Of a stretch of DNA of 64,000 nucleotides, positions 18,871-31,520 are shown one piece after another. This DNA is from an uncultured Boseongicola sp. (GTDB taxonomy: Bacteria > Actinomycetota > Acidimicrobiia > Spongiisociales > ZC4RG35). Both the position numbers and the translations under genes were made by a program. Numbering within the stretch: the stretch's first letter is position 1; every line of letters begins with the position of its first letter. The notes beneath the pieces are model-generated. The model saw nothing but the letters and a program-made list of their open reading frames with translations, was not told where the DNA came from and made no database searches. The DNA is taken from contig CAXMMT010000078.1 in NCBI GenBank assembly GCA_964194555.1, positions 10,576-74,575 on the forward strand. The letters run 5' to 3'.

Positions 18871-19506
18871 GTGAAGATTGGAGTCCTCGTCACCGGGGAC
18901 ACGGCAGTCAGGGCTGCCCACTCGCTCAGCGCCCATACCTCAGTAGACGAGGTGGTGGTCATCGGCCCTGCCACCAGCAAGAGCTTCAAGGTTGTGGATT
19001 CTGCCGAGGGTTGTGACCTTCTGATTGGCACCGGCGCCCAGGCGCCTTCGAGGGCGAGAAAGCACGCTGTGCCGCTCTTATGGGACGGCGAATCAGACGA
19101 AGAGGGTGTTGCCGTCTGGGGTGCCAATCCTCGCGGACTGACCCTTGCTCTTGCGTCTAGAGAGTCTGATCCGAGGCTTGTCGCCGTCGCGCACCCCGAT
19201 CTCGACGAAGGTTCCGACCACCAGTCGCGGTTTCCGGACCCTCTGGGGAGTCTGGGTGCCGTCGACAAGATCTACGGTGGCCAGCGTCTGGCCGAGGCCC
19301 AGTCGCCCAACGAGTTCGCCGCATGCCTGGCGATTGGCGCAGACAGAAGGGTGACCATCATCGACGACGCCGCCTTCATGTCCGGTATCGCCCTTGCAGC
19401 CGCCGTGGACATCGCCGACGGCAGTCCAAGTCCCGTCTGGGATGCCTCCCTCCCCTACCTTCGAGCAGCAATGGCCATGGGTTTGGTGATGGCAGAAGAC
19501 ATCTGA
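18871..19506 (+). CDS. Hypothetical protein (start assumed at GTG, VKIGVLVTG...)
   Basis: Codon-biased + frame. The longer track ORF would overlap the VOC gene, so a GTG start at 18871 is used. The antisense ORF 18705..19268 looks like low-complexity noise. Confidence 0.4.
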   Translation: MKIGVLVTGDTAVRAAHSLSAHTSVDEVVVIGPATSKSFKVVDSAEGCDLLIGTGAQAPSRARKHAVPLLWDGESDEEGVAVWGANPRGLTLALASRESDPRLVAVAHPDLDEGSDHQSRFPDPLGSLGAVDKIYGGQRLAEAQSPNEFAACLAIGADRRVTIIDDAAFMSGIALAAAVDIADGSPSPVWDASLPYLRAAMAMGLVMAEDI

Positions 19507-19528
19507 AATCCCAACCGGGTGCACGCGG

Positions 19529-20029
19529 TTAGGAGAGCGTTATGGGGGGACTTTCCTCGGTCGGAATGTCGGCTTGATCGGCGGGAGGGATCACGGCGCC
19601 GTTGCCGTCGCGGTAGTCGGTCGGCGGGTGGAGAATCTGCTGCTGGGGCACCACCACCGGGTTGAGGGTCTCCTCGAGCACGACCACCTCGAGACCACCG
19701 ACCACATCAGAGACCAAGTTGTAGACAATGGCGAACGCCGTTGTCGATCCTGTCATGAGAACCCACCACACGACCGAGCCAAAGATCACAAACCGCAGGA
19801 ACTGTTCGGTGTTGGCAAAGGGCTGGGAGCCTTCCTCGATCAGTGTGATCTCAACAAGGAACGCCGTTATCTGATCGGGGATCCCCGCCCGCTCGAGCAC
19901 CGCCCAGAAGATCACAAACCCGAGCACCAGAGCGAGGCCCACCACAGCCCAAACCACCGCTGACACCTTCAAGACCGTCCACGGGTCGATCTTTCGAATT
20001 ATGCGTCTGACACGGCGGACAGTTGCCAT
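19529..20029 (-). CDS. DUF3566 family transmembrane protein (conserved downstream of gyrA in Actinobacteria)
   Basis: Two TM helices, Arg-rich N-terminus, and the same position as Mycobacterium Rv0007. Confidence 0.6.
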   Translation of the reverse strand: MATVRRVRRIIRKIDPWTVLKVSAVVWAVVGLALVLGFVIFWAVLERAGIPDQITAFLVEITLIEEGSQPFANTEQFLRFVIFGSVVWWVLMTGSTTAFAIVYNLVSDVVGGLEVVVLEETLNPVVVPQQQILHPPTDYRDGNGAVIPPADQADIPTEESPPITLS

Positions 20030-20105
20030 AGGGAACTCCGGGGTTGTGGAGAAAGTCTAAGAGAAACCTTGACCAGACCAACGTAACGCGGTCAATGGAG
20101 GTTCC

Positions 20106-22544
20106 TCAACCAATCTCTTCGGTGACCACCGTCACCGCCGACAACTCGTTGCCCTCGCCAACGTCGATCACCTTGACGCCCGTCGTGTCCCGCTTTTGAC
20201 GGCTGATCTTGGCAACGGAGGTACGAATGCCTACACCCGCCGAAGATATCAAGAAGACCTCATCTTCCTTCTCGACGGCTCTCACCGCCACCAGATTTCC
20301 GCGGACGCGTGTGATCTTGAAGGCTTTGACTCCCATCCCTCCCCGTGCCTGGCGGCGGAACTCTGACATGACCGTTCGTTTCCCATATCCACCTGCGGTG
20401 AGAAGCAAGACCTCGTCACCTTCGACGTTGGAGACAGCGGCCACTACCTGGTCGCCCTCGCGGAGGCGGATCCCGCGGACACCCTGTGTCCCGCGCCCCA
20501 TGCTTCGCAGATCCGACTCGGCGAAGCGGATGCCCACTCCTCCCCTTGTGAAAATGAGGATGTCGTTCTCTCCGTTGGTAGGGCGCACCGAGACCAACTC
20601 GTCGTCCTCTGTCAGATTGATGGCGACGAGAGTCTGGTTACGGGACTCATACTCCTTGAACTCGGTCTTCTTCGCCTGTCCCCTCTTGGTGACCATCACC
20701 AGATATCGACCGGTCTCGTAGTCCCGCGTGTCGATGATCGATTGGACGACCTCGTCGGGCCCCAGGGGCAGAACGGCCTGTGCCAGCACACCTTTCGCGG
20801 TCCGGGATTGTCTCGGTATCGCGTGTGCCTTGATGCGATGCACAAGACCTCTGTTCGTGAAGAAGAGAAGATAGGCGTGCGCCGTGGTGTGCACCAGATG
20901 GGTGATGACATCGTCGCCGGCGACCTCCGCCGCCTTGACTCCCCTGCCACCACGGGTCTGGGTCCGATAGGTGGATGCCGGCACCGACTTCACATATCCC
21001 GCCTGGGAGACGGTAATGATCAGCTCGTCGTCGGCAATGAGGTCTTCGAGACTCAGATCACCCTCGTCGGGGATGATCCTGCTGAGGCGCTCGTTGGCGA
21101 ACTGCTCACGGATGGCACCCATCTCTTCTTTGATGATGGACCATCTTGTCTTCGGGTCGGCCAGAATCGCCTCCAGATCGGCAATCCGATGCTGAAGCTC
21201 GGCGAGCTCGGTACGGAGCTTGTCAACCTCGAGTGCTGTCAGTCGACGCAGCGGCATGTCGAGGATGGCGTTGGCCTGAATCTCACTCAACTCGAAGTTC
21301 TCGATCAGGTTGGCCCGCGCCTCGGCGGTGTCTGCCGAACCGCGAATGATCCTGATGACTTCGTCGATGCTGTCGACAGCGATGATCATGCCCTCGAGGA
21401 TGTGGGCCCTCGCGTTGGCCTGATCGAGTCTGAATTGGGTCCTTCGCTCGATGACCTCCATCTGATGATCGAGGTAATAGCCCACCATCTCGGCCAGACC
21501 GAGAGTCCGGGGGACACCATCCACCAGGGCCACCATGTTGTATGCAAAAGAGTCCTGAAGCGGGGTGTTCTTGTAGAGCTGGTTGAGGACGACCTGAGGG
21601 ATGGCATCCCGTTTGATCTCGATGACCAGACGGGTCCCAACCCGGTCTGAGGACTCGTTTCGGACCTCGGCGATCCCGGTCATGCGCTTTGAATCGACCA
21701 GATCCTTGATCTTGGCGACAATGCGCTCGATGGAAACTTGATAAGGGAGCTCGGTTACGACCACGGCCGTCCGGCCCTTGCGGACCTCCTGCACGTCGCA
21801 TACCGCCCGGATCTTGACCGAGCCACGGCCGGTGATCAGTGCCTCCTTCATAGAGGTCGCTCCGACGAGAAAGCCGCCTGTTGGGAAGTCTGGCCCCTTC
21901 ACGAACCCGAGGAGATCTTCCGACGTGGCGTCGGGATGATCAATGGTGTGGAGAGCCGCATCAATGACCTCACCGAGGTTGTGGGGTGGGATATTGGTGG
22001 CCATGCCAACCGCTATCCCCTGTGACCCATTGACCAGGAGATTGGGATATCTCGACGGAAGCACTGTCGGCTCTTGGAGTTCGCCCGAGTAGTTATCGGC
22101 GAAATCCACGGTGTTCTCGTTGATGCTTTCGAGAAGATGAGTGGAGAGTTTGGTGAGCCGGCACTCCGTGTACCGAGCCGCGCCCGGTGGGTCGTCGACT
22201 GTCCCGAAGTTCCCCTGGGGGTCGATGAGAAGATGCCGCATCGAGAAATCCTGACCCATGCGGACAAGGGCGTCGTATATGGCCTGATCCCCGTGCGGGT
22301 GGTAATTGCCCATTACGTCCCCGACGACCTTCGAGCACTTGCGGTGTGCCGAAGCAGGACTGATGTTGTTCTCGAACATCGAGTAGATGATTCGACGCTG
22401 AACGGGTTTGAGACCGTCCCTGACATCCGGAAGAGCACGAGAGACTATCACCGACATCGCGTAGTCGATGAAACTCGCCTCCATCTCCGCGGTGATCTCG
22501 ATCTCGGGAAAGCTCTCCGTTGTGGTGTGTTCGTCTGTCATGAC
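20106..22544 (-). CDS. gyrA: DNA gyrase subunit A
   Basis: [25 protein letters not shown] and the active-site Tyr region. The likely start is MTDEHTT at 22544, just after the gyrB stop. The length (812 aa) rules out an intein. Confidence 0.9.
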   Translation of the reverse strand, partial: VMTDEHTTTESFPEIEITAEMEASFIDYAMSVIVSRALPDVRDGLKPVQRRIIYSMFENNISPASAHRKCSKVVGDVMGNYHPHGDQAIYDALVRMGQDFSMRHLLIDPQGNFGTVDDPPGAARYTECRLTKLSTHLLESINENTVDFADNYSGELQEPTVLPSRYPNLLVNGSQGIAVGMATNIPPHNLGEVIDAALHTIDHPDATSEDLLGFVKGPDFPTGGFLVGATSMKEALITGRGSVKIRAVCDVQEVRKGRTAVVVTELPYQVSIERIVAKIKDLVDSKRMTGIAEVRNESSDRVGTRLVIEIKRDAIPQVVLNQLYKNTPLQDSFAYNMVALVDGVPRTLGLAEMVGYYLDHQMEVIERRTQFRLDQANARAHILEGMIIAVDSIDEVIRIIRGSADTAEARANLIENFELSEIQANAILDMPLRRLTALEVDKLRTELAELQHRIADLEAILADPKTRWSIIKEEMGAIREQFANERLSRIIPDEGDLSLEDLIADDELIITVSQAGYVKSVPASTYRTQTRGGRGVKAAEVAGDDVITHLVHTTAHAYLLFFTNRGLVHRIKAHAIPRQSRTAKGVLAQAVLPLGPDEVVQSIIDTRDYETGRYLVMVTKRGQAKKTEFKEYESRNQTLVAINLTEDDELVSVRPTNGENDILIFTRGGVGIRFAESDLRSMGRGTQGVRGIRLREGDQVVAAVSNVEGDEVLLLTAGGYGKRTVMSEFRRQARGGMGVKAFKITRVRGNLVAVRAVEKEDEVFLISSAGVGIRTSVAKISRQKRDTTGVKVIDVGEGNELSAVTVVTEEIG

Positions 22545-22554
22545 TCCAAAGGGC

Positions 22555-24546
<1,992 letters not shown>

Positions 24547-24596
24547 TTACCCGGAAACACCGACAGAAACGAATTCATCGCCAATACAAATCGACT

Positions 24597-24932
24597 TCAT
24601 GCCCTTCCTGGCGGGAGCACCTCAATCGAGTCGATCACACCCTCTCCGAACCGGTTTCTGAGTGTCTCCAGAAGACTGGCTTCGCCGTATCGGAGAAACG
24701 CCACCATGGACGGTGCTGAGGCCTCGATGACCAGGGTTCGACCTCTCACAAACATTGGCTTGGATCGCCCCACCCAGGGTTGACCTGCCAGAGCTTCCCA
24801 CTCGCCGTTCACTTGAGCCATCAACACCGGGTCCGGCAGACCCAAACGAGTGAAGACATCGTTCAAAGACTCCGAGAACGGCTCCAGGTCGTTACCGGCG
24901 CTCACTCGATAGTCCCTCCTCTCACCTTCCAT
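24597..24932 (-). CDS. DUF721 (DciA-like) protein
   Basis: Sits between recF and gyrB as Mycobacterium Rv0004 does. C-terminal pattern W..vG...P.f.r.gtLvIea.s......L (EWEALAGQPWVGRSKPMFVRGRTLVIEASAPSMVAFL). Confidence 0.55.
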   Translation of the reverse strand: MEGERRDYRVSAGNDLEPFSESLNDVFTRLGLPDPVLMAQVNGEWEALAGQPWVGRSKPMFVRGRTLVIEASAPSMVAFLRYGEASLLETLRNRFGEGVIDSIEVLPPGRA

Positions 24933-25996
24933 GTCGACCCCGAGATGGGAATGTCCTCGGGGTGGGTGGATGTGATGAGTGTCTGTGTATGGGAAGGCAA
25001 CGACCCGGCAAGCGCCGCCGCACGGCCGGGGTCGAGCTCAGAAAAGACATCGTCGAGAAGCAGAATCGGAGACTCGCCCATTGCCTCCGTTATAGCGCGG
25101 TGGGCAGCCAGTCTCACCGCGAGGGCAATCGTTCGCTGCTCTCCTTGACTTGAATGGGTACGCGTTTGGTGGCCATCAATCGAGAAACCCGGCTCGTCCC
25201 TGTGAGGACCGACGGTTGTCATCCTCCTTTCATAGTCGTTGCGGCGGCTCTCCTCAAGAGCCTTGGCAATCAACTCGGCGAATTCCCCGGCAGAGGCCGG
25301 GCGCAGTTCCCCCTCTCCCCATGATGTCTTGTAGGTGAATGTCGCCACAGTCCCGTCCCGTGCGATCTCCTCATAAGCATCAAGCAGAACCGGCGAGAGG
25401 GTCTCGATCACTCGTGCCCGACGAGCCATCACCCGTCCTGCGGACTGGGCCAATCTCGAATCCCAAACCGAGAGCGTCGCTTCGTCGTGCCCGCCGGTCT
25501 TCAGGAAGGCATTTCTTTGTCGCAACGACCTTTCGAACTCTGATTGATCCAGATCGGCGGACGGCCAGAGTTGGATGGCTACGGCATCGAGGAGGCCGCG
25601 ACGGTATGAAGGGCCTCTCTTCACCAGGTCGAGATCCTCCGGAAGAAACGCCACCACCCGCACCACTCCGAGAAGATCTGCCGTCCTCTTGAGTCTCGTC
25701 TTGTCCACTTGCGTCCTTCGAGCACCTTGACGTGGGAGTTCGATCTCCACGAGACGACTTCGCTCCTCGCTGGTCAACCCCGCCCTGATCACGGCCCTAT
25801 CGGATTCGTTGCCGATTACGGCTGAATCCGGAGAGGATCTAAAGGACTTCAGGGTGGCGAGATAGCCAATCGCTTCCAAGACGTTGGTCTTGCCGGCGCC
25901 ATTAGGACCGATGAGGAGGTTGACCCCGGGTTCAGGGCTCCATTCGAGTGATTTGTACGACCGAAAATCGAGAAGAGAAAGCCAATCAATCCGCAT
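24902..25996 (-). CDS. recF: DNA replication and repair protein RecF
   Basis: Walker A GPNGAGKTNVLEAI, the SMC-like signature, and its position after dnaN. Confidence 0.9.
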   Translation of the reverse strand: MRIDWLSLLDFRSYKSLEWSPEPGVNLLIGPNGAGKTNVLEAIGYLATLKSFRSSPDSAVIGNESDRAVIRAGLTSEERSRLVEIELPRQGARRTQVDKTRLKRTADLLGVVRVVAFLPEDLDLVKRGPSYRRGLLDAVAIQLWPSADLDQSEFERSLRQRNAFLKTGGHDEATLSVWDSRLAQSAGRVMARRARVIETLSPVLLDAYEEIARDGTVATFTYKTSWGEGELRPASAGEFAELIAKALEESRRNDYERRMTTVGPHRDEPGFSIDGHQTRTHSSQGEQRTIALAVRLAAHRAITEAMGESPILLLDDVFSELDPGRAAALAGSLPSHTQTLITSTHPEDIPISGSTWKVRGGTIE

Positions 25997-27079
25997 TCAG
26001 ACGCGCACGGGCATCAACAAGTAGAGGAAATTCCCCTCGGTCCCGGTGTCGAGGACACTTGGTTTGTACGAATCGATAACCTGGATCCGCACCGACTCAC
26101 CGGGCATGGCCATGACTCCATCCTGGAGATAACGAGGATTGAAAGCAATCGTCACTTCCTCGTCACTTCCGGTGAATTCGCCTGAAAGATGTTCGGATTC
26201 AGCACCAACATCCTGGCGGCTCACCGTTACCTCGACGCCACCGTCCATGAGCTTGAGCCGAACTGGGATGTGATCTTCGGCCACGAGCGACACTCGGTCC
26301 AAAGCCGCGAGGAGCTCTTCTTTGTCGAGGATGACCTGGTTGGGATAGGTCTCCGGCAACAGTGACTGGTATTTGGGGAAATTCCCGTCAATCAGACGAA
26401 GACGCAGGGTCCCCCTGTCCGACGAGAACACCGCTTCCCGCTCCCGCAGCTGTGCGGTTACCTTGGGAGCGCCAACCGTGCGTGCCATCTCCCGAAGTCC
26501 CCGAGCGGGAACAAGACCCGTTCCTTCCAAACCGACCCCGGCGAGGTCTCGCTTGGCAAGCCGATACGAGTCGGTAGCCACCATGCGGAGTCCCTCCTCC
26601 GAACTCTCGAAGAGAACCCCGGTCAAAATCGGCCGAGCTCCGTCACCCGACGCGGCAATAGTGACCTGATTGATAGCCTCGGCGAGTTCTTCACCATCTA
26701 CTTCGACGCCTTCCGAAACAATGTCTTCCTGCACCGGAAAGTCCTCGACGTTGAGAGGACGTAGCGTGAAGCGTGGGCCATTTCCCTGAATCTCGATGTC
26801 CGTGTCCGACACCCCGATCGTGACTTGCCCGCCGGGCATCTTGCGGACTGCCTCGGAAAGAAGCCGTCCCGGGATCACGGCCCTTCCTTCCTCGATGACC
26901 TCCACCTCTGCTTGGGTCCGGACAGTCATGTCCAGATCTGTGCCAGTCACGCGGAGACTCGATCCAGAGACCTCACAAAGCAACCCTTGAAGCACCGGCA
27001 GCGCTGTCCGGGTACCAACCGCCCGGTTGGCCCGGCCAAGTACATCGGCAAGGTCGTCCCGCTGAGCACGGATTCTCAC
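25997..27079 (-). CDS. dnaN: DNA polymerase III beta sliding clamp
   Basis: 360-aa three-domain beta-clamp sequence with a GTG start at 27079, sitting between dnaA and recF. Confidence 0.9.
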   Translation of the reverse strand: MRIRAQRDDLADVLGRANRAVGTRTALPVLQGLLCEVSGSSLRVTGTDLDMTVRTQAEVEVIEEGRAVIPGRLLSEAVRKMPGGQVTIGVSDTDIEIQGNGPRFTLRPLNVEDFPVQEDIVSEGVEVDGEELAEAINQVTIAASGDGARPILTGVLFESSEEGLRMVATDSYRLAKRDLAGVGLEGTGLVPARGLREMARTVGAPKVTAQLREREAVFSSDRGTLRLRLIDGNFPKYQSLLPETYPNQVILDKEELLAALDRVSLVAEDHIPVRLKLMDGGVEVTVSRQDVGAESEHLSGEFTGSDEEVTIAFNPRYLQDGVMAMPGESVRIQVIDSYKPSVLDTGTEGNFLYLLMPVRV

Positions 27080-27251
27080 AGGTAGTTGTCCCTTCTTCTC
27101 TTATTACAAAGTTTCATTTCAAGACCAGTAGTTGTAGTAGGGGTCTGTGGATTTGTGGAATAGCTGTGTTTCTTTCGTGGCCGATTGGGGATTATCCGTG
27201 GGAAATAGGTGTGCATCTCGTGGTGATAACTGGTGACTTTCCCTGGATAAC
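27080..27251. promoter_or_regulatory. Putative oriC core (dnaA-dnaN intergenic region): DnaA-box cluster plus an AT-rich segment
   Basis: Nine-mers close to TT(A/G)TCCACA on both strands: TGTGGATTT, TGTGGAATA, TTATCCGTG, GGTGATAAC, CTGGATAAC, TGTGGAAAC. The AT-rich stretch CTTATTACAAAGTTTCATTTCAAG abuts the dnaN start. Mycobacterium and Streptomyces place oriC here. Confidence 0.6.
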
Positions 27252-28631
27252 TCAAGACCCTGTGGAAACACCACCACCTTTCCTCAGCTCCTGTGTTAAT
27301 TGATTGACTCGATCGAAGACCGCTCTGTCAGATCGGAGAATCCGCTTCACCTTCTCGACTGAGTGGAGAACAGTGGTGTGATCCCTGTTGAAGTGACTAC
27401 CTATCTTCGGAAGTGAGAGATCGGTCAGTTCACGGCACAAGTACATCGAGATCTGACGACAAAGGACCAGGGGTTGACGGCGACTGGAGCTGAGGACATC
27501 TTCTACGGAGAACCCAAAAGCCTGGGCAGTGGTTCTGATGATCGTCTCAGGTCCGAGAGGTACGGGCTCGTCGGTGGCAATGATGTCATGCAACACACGT
27601 TCGGCGGTATCGAGGTCAATGTCTCTCCGGTTCAACGCCGACCAGGCTGTCACTCTTGTCAAGGCACCTTCTAACTCCCGAATGTTATCTGATACCAGAC
27701 CTGCTATGTACTCGAGAACCTCGATGGGCACCGGACGCGGGGCGAACTCGGCGTTTGATTTGAGAATCGCCAGTCGAGTCTCGACATCAGGTGGCTGTAT
27801 GTCGGTGAGGAGCCCCCACTCGAAACGACTGCGCAGCCGGTCTTCGAGGGTTGACAGATTTCTCGGGTGACGGTCGGAGCTGATGACCATTTGCTTTCCC
27901 GACTCGTAGAGAGAGTTGAACGTGTGAAAGAACTCCTCGAGGATCTGCTCCTTGCCCTCGAAGAACTGAACATCGTCTAGGAGAAGGATGTCAACACCGC
28001 GGTATCTGTGCTTGAAGGCATCGGGTCTCTTGCGCCGGATCGAGTCGATGAAATCGTTCAAGAAGTTCTCGGACGAGACGTAGCGGACAACAAGATCGGG
28101 GTACATCTCGAGGGCCTCGTGGCCAACGGCGTTGAGAAGATGCGTCTTGCCAAGTCCCGCACCGCCATATATGAACAATGGGTTGTAATGGGCGCCGGGT
28201 TGCTCGGCCACGGCCATGGCAGCCGCCCATGCGAATCGGTTGGACTGACCCACCACAAAACTCTCGAACCGATACCTCGAGATGAGGTTGGTGGCTTTTG
28301 TGGGTGTGGAGGGGTCTTTGGAGGTGTCGACGGTTGCGGAATCTTCGCCAAGTGGAAGGGGTTGCTCAATCGGAGCGACATCGCTGACGCGGTAAAGAGG
28401 GCTTCCCTCGGTCGAGTAGGCCGATTGATATGCGGCGTCGACGAGTTCACTGTGTTTGTCACGTACCCAACGAAGGTGGAACTCCGTTGGTGCGATCAGG
28501 ATCAGGGTGTCTTCGTCATGGTCTGCCTCGAGCCTGGAAAGCCAGGTTTCCCAATTTCCTTTGGATACCCCGGCGCGCAGGGTATCTCTGAATTCCGTCC
28601 AGTTGTCACTTGCTCTTTGTGTTTGGGTCAA
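27252..28631 (-). CDS. dnaA: Chromosomal replication initiator protein DnaA
   Basis: AAA+ GGAGLGKTHLLNAVG and the domain IV DNA-binding helix. The likely start is TTG at 28631, preceded by GGGAGGAG with 7-nt spacing. Confidence 0.9.
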   Translation of the reverse strand: MTQTQRASDNWTEFRDTLRAGVSKGNWETWLSRLEADHDEDTLILIAPTEFHLRWVRDKHSELVDAAYQSAYSTEGSPLYRVSDVAPIEQPLPLGEDSATVDTSKDPSTPTKATNLISRYRFESFVVGQSNRFAWAAAMAVAEQPGAHYNPLFIYGGAGLGKTHLLNAVGHEALEMYPDLVVRYVSSENFLNDFIDSIRRKRPDAFKHRYRGVDILLLDDVQFFEGKEQILEEFFHTFNSLYESGKQMVISSDRHPRNLSTLEDRLRSRFEWGLLTDIQPPDVETRLAILKSNAEFAPRPVPIEVLEYIAGLVSDNIRELEGALTRVTAWSALNRRDIDLDTAERVLHDIIATDEPVPLGPETIIRTTAQAFGFSVEDVLSSSRRQPLVLCRQISMYLCRELTDLSLPKIGSHFNRDHTTVLHSVEKVKRILRSDRAVFDRVNQLTQELRKGGGVSTGS

Positions 28632-29086
28632 AAGGCCGCTCCTCCCAGTGGCCGAGTTGTTCACAGATCCATCCACACCTGTGGAAACGTCTGTGCACAT
28701 CCTCCAGAGAATTCAAATTTCAACCGCGGAGTGATGGTTCACTCACCGGTGACAGATGAGGTAGCCACTCTCCTCGGATATCGAGTCCAGCGAGTATCGG
28801 TGTTGGAGAAGTGGCAGTCAAGACCGCGAGAATCCCCGGTGTGGAAGACTTCCTCTACATCTATCCACAAAGATAATCCCAGGTAGACAGACCTTTTTCC
28901 ATTACCTGCCTGACGGGTTGAGGATGACATCCGTGACCAAAGCGTGTTCTGCTTCTTTTCGCGACCTTTCCCAATTCTTCGCGATTGCGACAGAAAGTGA
29001 GGGCACGATCGACAGTTGGGCTTTGACATAGGTTTCCAACAGTCCGTAACCTGTGACGACCCTTTCCCTCTACCCAATGTTTTGTC
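28632..29086. promoter_or_regulatory. dnaA / rpmH divergent promoter region with DnaA boxes
   Basis: ATCCACACCTGTGGAAAC, TGTGGAAGA, and CTATCCACAAAGATAATCC. Confidence 0.5.
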
Positions 29087-29221
29087 ATGAAAAGGACCTA
29101 TCAACCCAAAGTACGCCGTCGCCGCCGCCGTCACGGTTTCCGGCACCGAATGCAGACTCGCGCCGGCCGCGCCACCATCAGTTCGCGTCGTCAAAAGGGT
29201 CGGAAGCGGCTCACTGTCTGA
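29087..29221 (+). CDS. rpmH: 50S ribosomal protein L34
   Basis: Translates to [44 protein letters not shown] (44 aa). It is absent from the ORF track because it is below the track's 60-aa minimum. Confidence 0.9.
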   Translation: MKRTYQPKVRRRRRRHGFRHRMQTRAGRATISSRRQKGRKRLTV

Positions 29222-29222
29222 T

Positions 29223-29537
29223 CTGGAAACACTCCGAAACGCCCGGGACTTTCGTAGAGTCCTGAGCAAAGGCAAGCGGAGCCGCAGCGGCGGAATCGTC
29301 CTGGTCGGGTCGCCAGGCCAACCAGGGCCTCCTCGTGTTGGGCTTGTTGTTTCCAGGGGCAGCGGAAACGCCGTGACTCGAAACCGTATCAAGAGACGGT
29401 TGCGTCACGCGGCCCGCGAACTGCCACTACAACCAGGAACGGATTACATCATCATCGCCAGCGGCCAGGTCTCAGAGGTCGACTACACCCAGGTGCAGAC
29501 ATGGCTCGACCGCGCCCTCGAGGGTGTGAAGAGATGA
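29223..29537 (+). CDS. rnpA: Ribonuclease P protein component
   Basis: LETLRNARDFRRVLSKGKRSRSGGIVLV...GNAVTRNRIKRRLRHAAREL matches RnpA. No canonical start was found within the 22 bp of frame examined upstream of 29223, so the start codon is uncertain. Confidence 0.7.
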   Translation: METLRNARDFRRVLSKGKRSRSGGIVLVGSPGQPGPPRVGLVVSRGSGNAVTRNRIKRRLRHAARELPLQPGTDYIIIASGQVSEVDYTQVQTWLDRALEGVKR

Positions 29538-29779
29538 TTGGGTGGCTACGTCCTCGGAACCTGATGGTTGGTCTGATCGGTATTTACCAGAAAGTGGTAA
29601 GTCCTGGAATTGGGACCAACTGCCGGTACCAGCCGACATGCTCATCGTATTCGGCGGAGGCAATCCAGAGATTTGGCGTGATTCGAGGGGGCTGGCTGGG
29701 TCTCAAGCGCATCGGAAGATGCCATCCTCTGCGCCCCGGGGGTTATGACCCTGTGCCTGATAACCGGAGAGCCCAATAA
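29534..29779 (+). CDS. yidD: Membrane protein insertion efficiency factor YidD
   Basis: YQKVVSPGIGTNCRYQPTCSSYSAEAIQRFG...RIGRCHPLRPGGYDPVP. The start overlaps the rnpA stop by ATGA. Confidence 0.75.
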   Translation: MIGWLRPRNLMVGLIGIYQKVVSPGIGTNCRYQPTCSSYSAEAIQRFGVIRGGWLGLKRIGRCHPLRPGGYDPVPDNRRAQ

Positions 29780-30636
29780 TGGGGGAGATATTCGACACGC
29801 TGATCAGGGCCCTGGGATCGGTCCTCGACTTCTACTTTGATCTACTCACACCACTTGTCAGTGACGGTTTGGCCTATGGCCTCGCAATCATCCTTCTCAC
29901 CATCACGATCAACGTGGTCGTTTTTCCACTCACCCTCAAACAGACCAGGGCGACGAGGGCGTTCACCGAGATTCAGCCAAAGATCAAGAAGATCCAGGCA
30001 GAATACAAGGACGACCCTCAGGAGATGCAGCGTCGTCTCATGGAGACCCAAAGGGCCGCGGGCGCCACACCCGGTGGATGTCTTCTTCCGCTTCTGGTCC
30101 AGATGCCGATCTGGTTTGCGCTCTTCCGGTTGCTCAGAGAGCCCGAGACTTATATCAGCGCCGATTCTGCGCTCGGAATGTCTTTGACCAATGGGGGCGT
30201 GGGCACGTTCTTGGGAATGATGCTTGGGGAGTCCCCATCAGCAGCGATGGCCAACGGCGTCTTGTACGCCATCCCCTATCTGTTGATGATTGCCTTCATG
30301 GTTGCCACCCAGTATGTGCAGATGTGGCACTCCACTTATGGCCAGGATCGGCCAGATCAGAAGGGCGCCGGGGCCCAACAGGCCATCACCAAGATAATGC
30401 CCCTGTTCATTGGTGTCATATCATGGAACTTCCCGGCGGGGTTGGTGCTCTACTGGACCACATCAAACCTGTTTCGTCTCGGACAGCAGGTTCTGATTTT
30501 CAAGATCGATGGGCGCCCAACCCCACCAAACAAGGCCGAACCAGAGCCGGATCAGGATGACGGCACTGATGGGAGCAAGCCAGGTAATCCGCAGCAGGGT
30601 GCCGCTGACAAGCGCCGTCGGCGCAGGAGGAGATGA
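29779..30636 (+). CDS. yidC: Membrane protein insertase YidC (short Gram-positive type)
   Basis: Five TM helices, the 60 kDa inner-membrane-protein motif, and a C-terminal basic tail RRRRRRR. Confidence 0.85.
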   Translation: MGEIFDTLIRALGSVLDFYFDLLTPLVSDGLAYGLAIILLTITINVVVFPLTLKQTRATRAFTEIQPKIKKIQAEYKDDPQEMQRRLMETQRAAGATPGGCLLPLLVQMPIWFALFRLLREPETYISADSALGMSLTNGGVGTFLGMMLGESPSAAMANGVLYAIPYLLMIAFMVATQYVQMWHSTYGQDRPDQKGAGAQQAITKIMPLFIGVISWNFPAGLVLYWTTSNLFRLGQQVLIFKIDGRPTPPNKAEPEPDQDDGTDGSKPGNPQQGAADKRRRRRRR

Positions 30637-30637
30637 C

Positions 30638-31504
30638 ATGGTCAATGTCGATATGGTCGAGGTGAAAGCCAAAACAGTGGAAATCGCCGTAGAAGCGGCG
30701 ATGCAAGAGCTGGGTATCGAGGACCGGGATGGTCTCGATGTCGAGATTGTGAACGCGCCGGTCAAGGGTTTCCTCGGAATTGGCGGTGAAGATGCGGTGG
30801 TCCGTGTCACCAGGAGAAAGGGCCGCCGTCGTCGTGGGGGACGCCGCACTGGCTCTTCGCAGGGGAAAGGGAGCCAGTCTGGTAAAGCAAAATCCGGCGA
30901 TCAGCAGCGCGGCTCTGCAAAATCAGGTAAGAATGGTTCCCGACAGCAACAAAACAAGCCGCCCAGGAACACCGGCGCGGCCCGCAAATCCGAGAGGAAA
31001 GAGAAGACCGTGAGTGATGACCGCCCGGTTCTATCCACCGAAGAACAGGCCAGGATTGCCCAGGAGTTTCTGGAGGGCTTGGTTGGGGCCTATGGTCTCG
31101 AGGGTGAGGTCACCACGACAGTGGACGACGGTGTCATCATTGCCGATGTCAGTGGTGAGCAAACCGAGGCCCTTGTCGGTGTTCGCGGGACGGTACGCGG
31201 CGCCATTCATGAGCTGACCAGGACGGTTCTACAGCGATATGGGCAGGAAACCGCCCGTCTCCGTCTCGATATCGCCGGCTACGCCGAACGACGTCGACAG
31301 GCACTCTCCATCTATGCCGAGCAGTTGATCGATCAACTAGACAGCGAAGGCGGAGAGATCATGCTGGAGCCGATGAGTCCGGCCGATCGCAAGGTAATAC
31401 ATGATGTAGCCTCGACCAAACCGGGAATCGAGTCCTATTCAGAAGGCGAACCACCAAGACGTTTTGTCGTGTTGTCCAAAGCGGGTTCCTCCGAAGAAGA
31501 ATAG
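30638..31504 (+). CDS. Jag/KhpB RNA-binding protein (KH + R3H domains)
   Basis: N-terminal Jag_N, basic low-complexity linker, KH domain, and R3H domain (IMLEPMSPADRKVIHDVAS). Sits after yidC. Confidence 0.75.
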   Translation: MVNVDMVEVKAKTVEIAVEAAMQELGIEDRDGLDVEIVNAPVKGFLGIGGEDAVVRVTRRKGRRRRGGRRTGSSQGKGSQSGKAKSGDQQRGSAKSGKNGSRQQQNKPPRNTGAARKSERKEKTVSDDRPVLSTEEQARIAQEFLEGLVGAYGLEGEVTTTVDDGVIIADVSGEQTEALVGVRGTVRGAIHELTRTVLQRYGQETARLRLDIAGYAERRRQALSIYAEQLIDQLDSEGGEIMLEPMSPADRKVIHDVASTKPGIESYSEGEPPRRFVVLSKAGSSEEE

Positions 31505-31520
31505 TCCAGCAACATCTCGG

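Noticed and set aside
18705-19268. 187-aa minus-strand ORF (MSTAPRLPRGSGNRDWW...)
   Set aside because: Low-complexity, Ser/Arg/Pro-rich sequence. It is antisense to a better-behaved plus-strand frame (18871-19506) and looks like high-GC off-frame noise.
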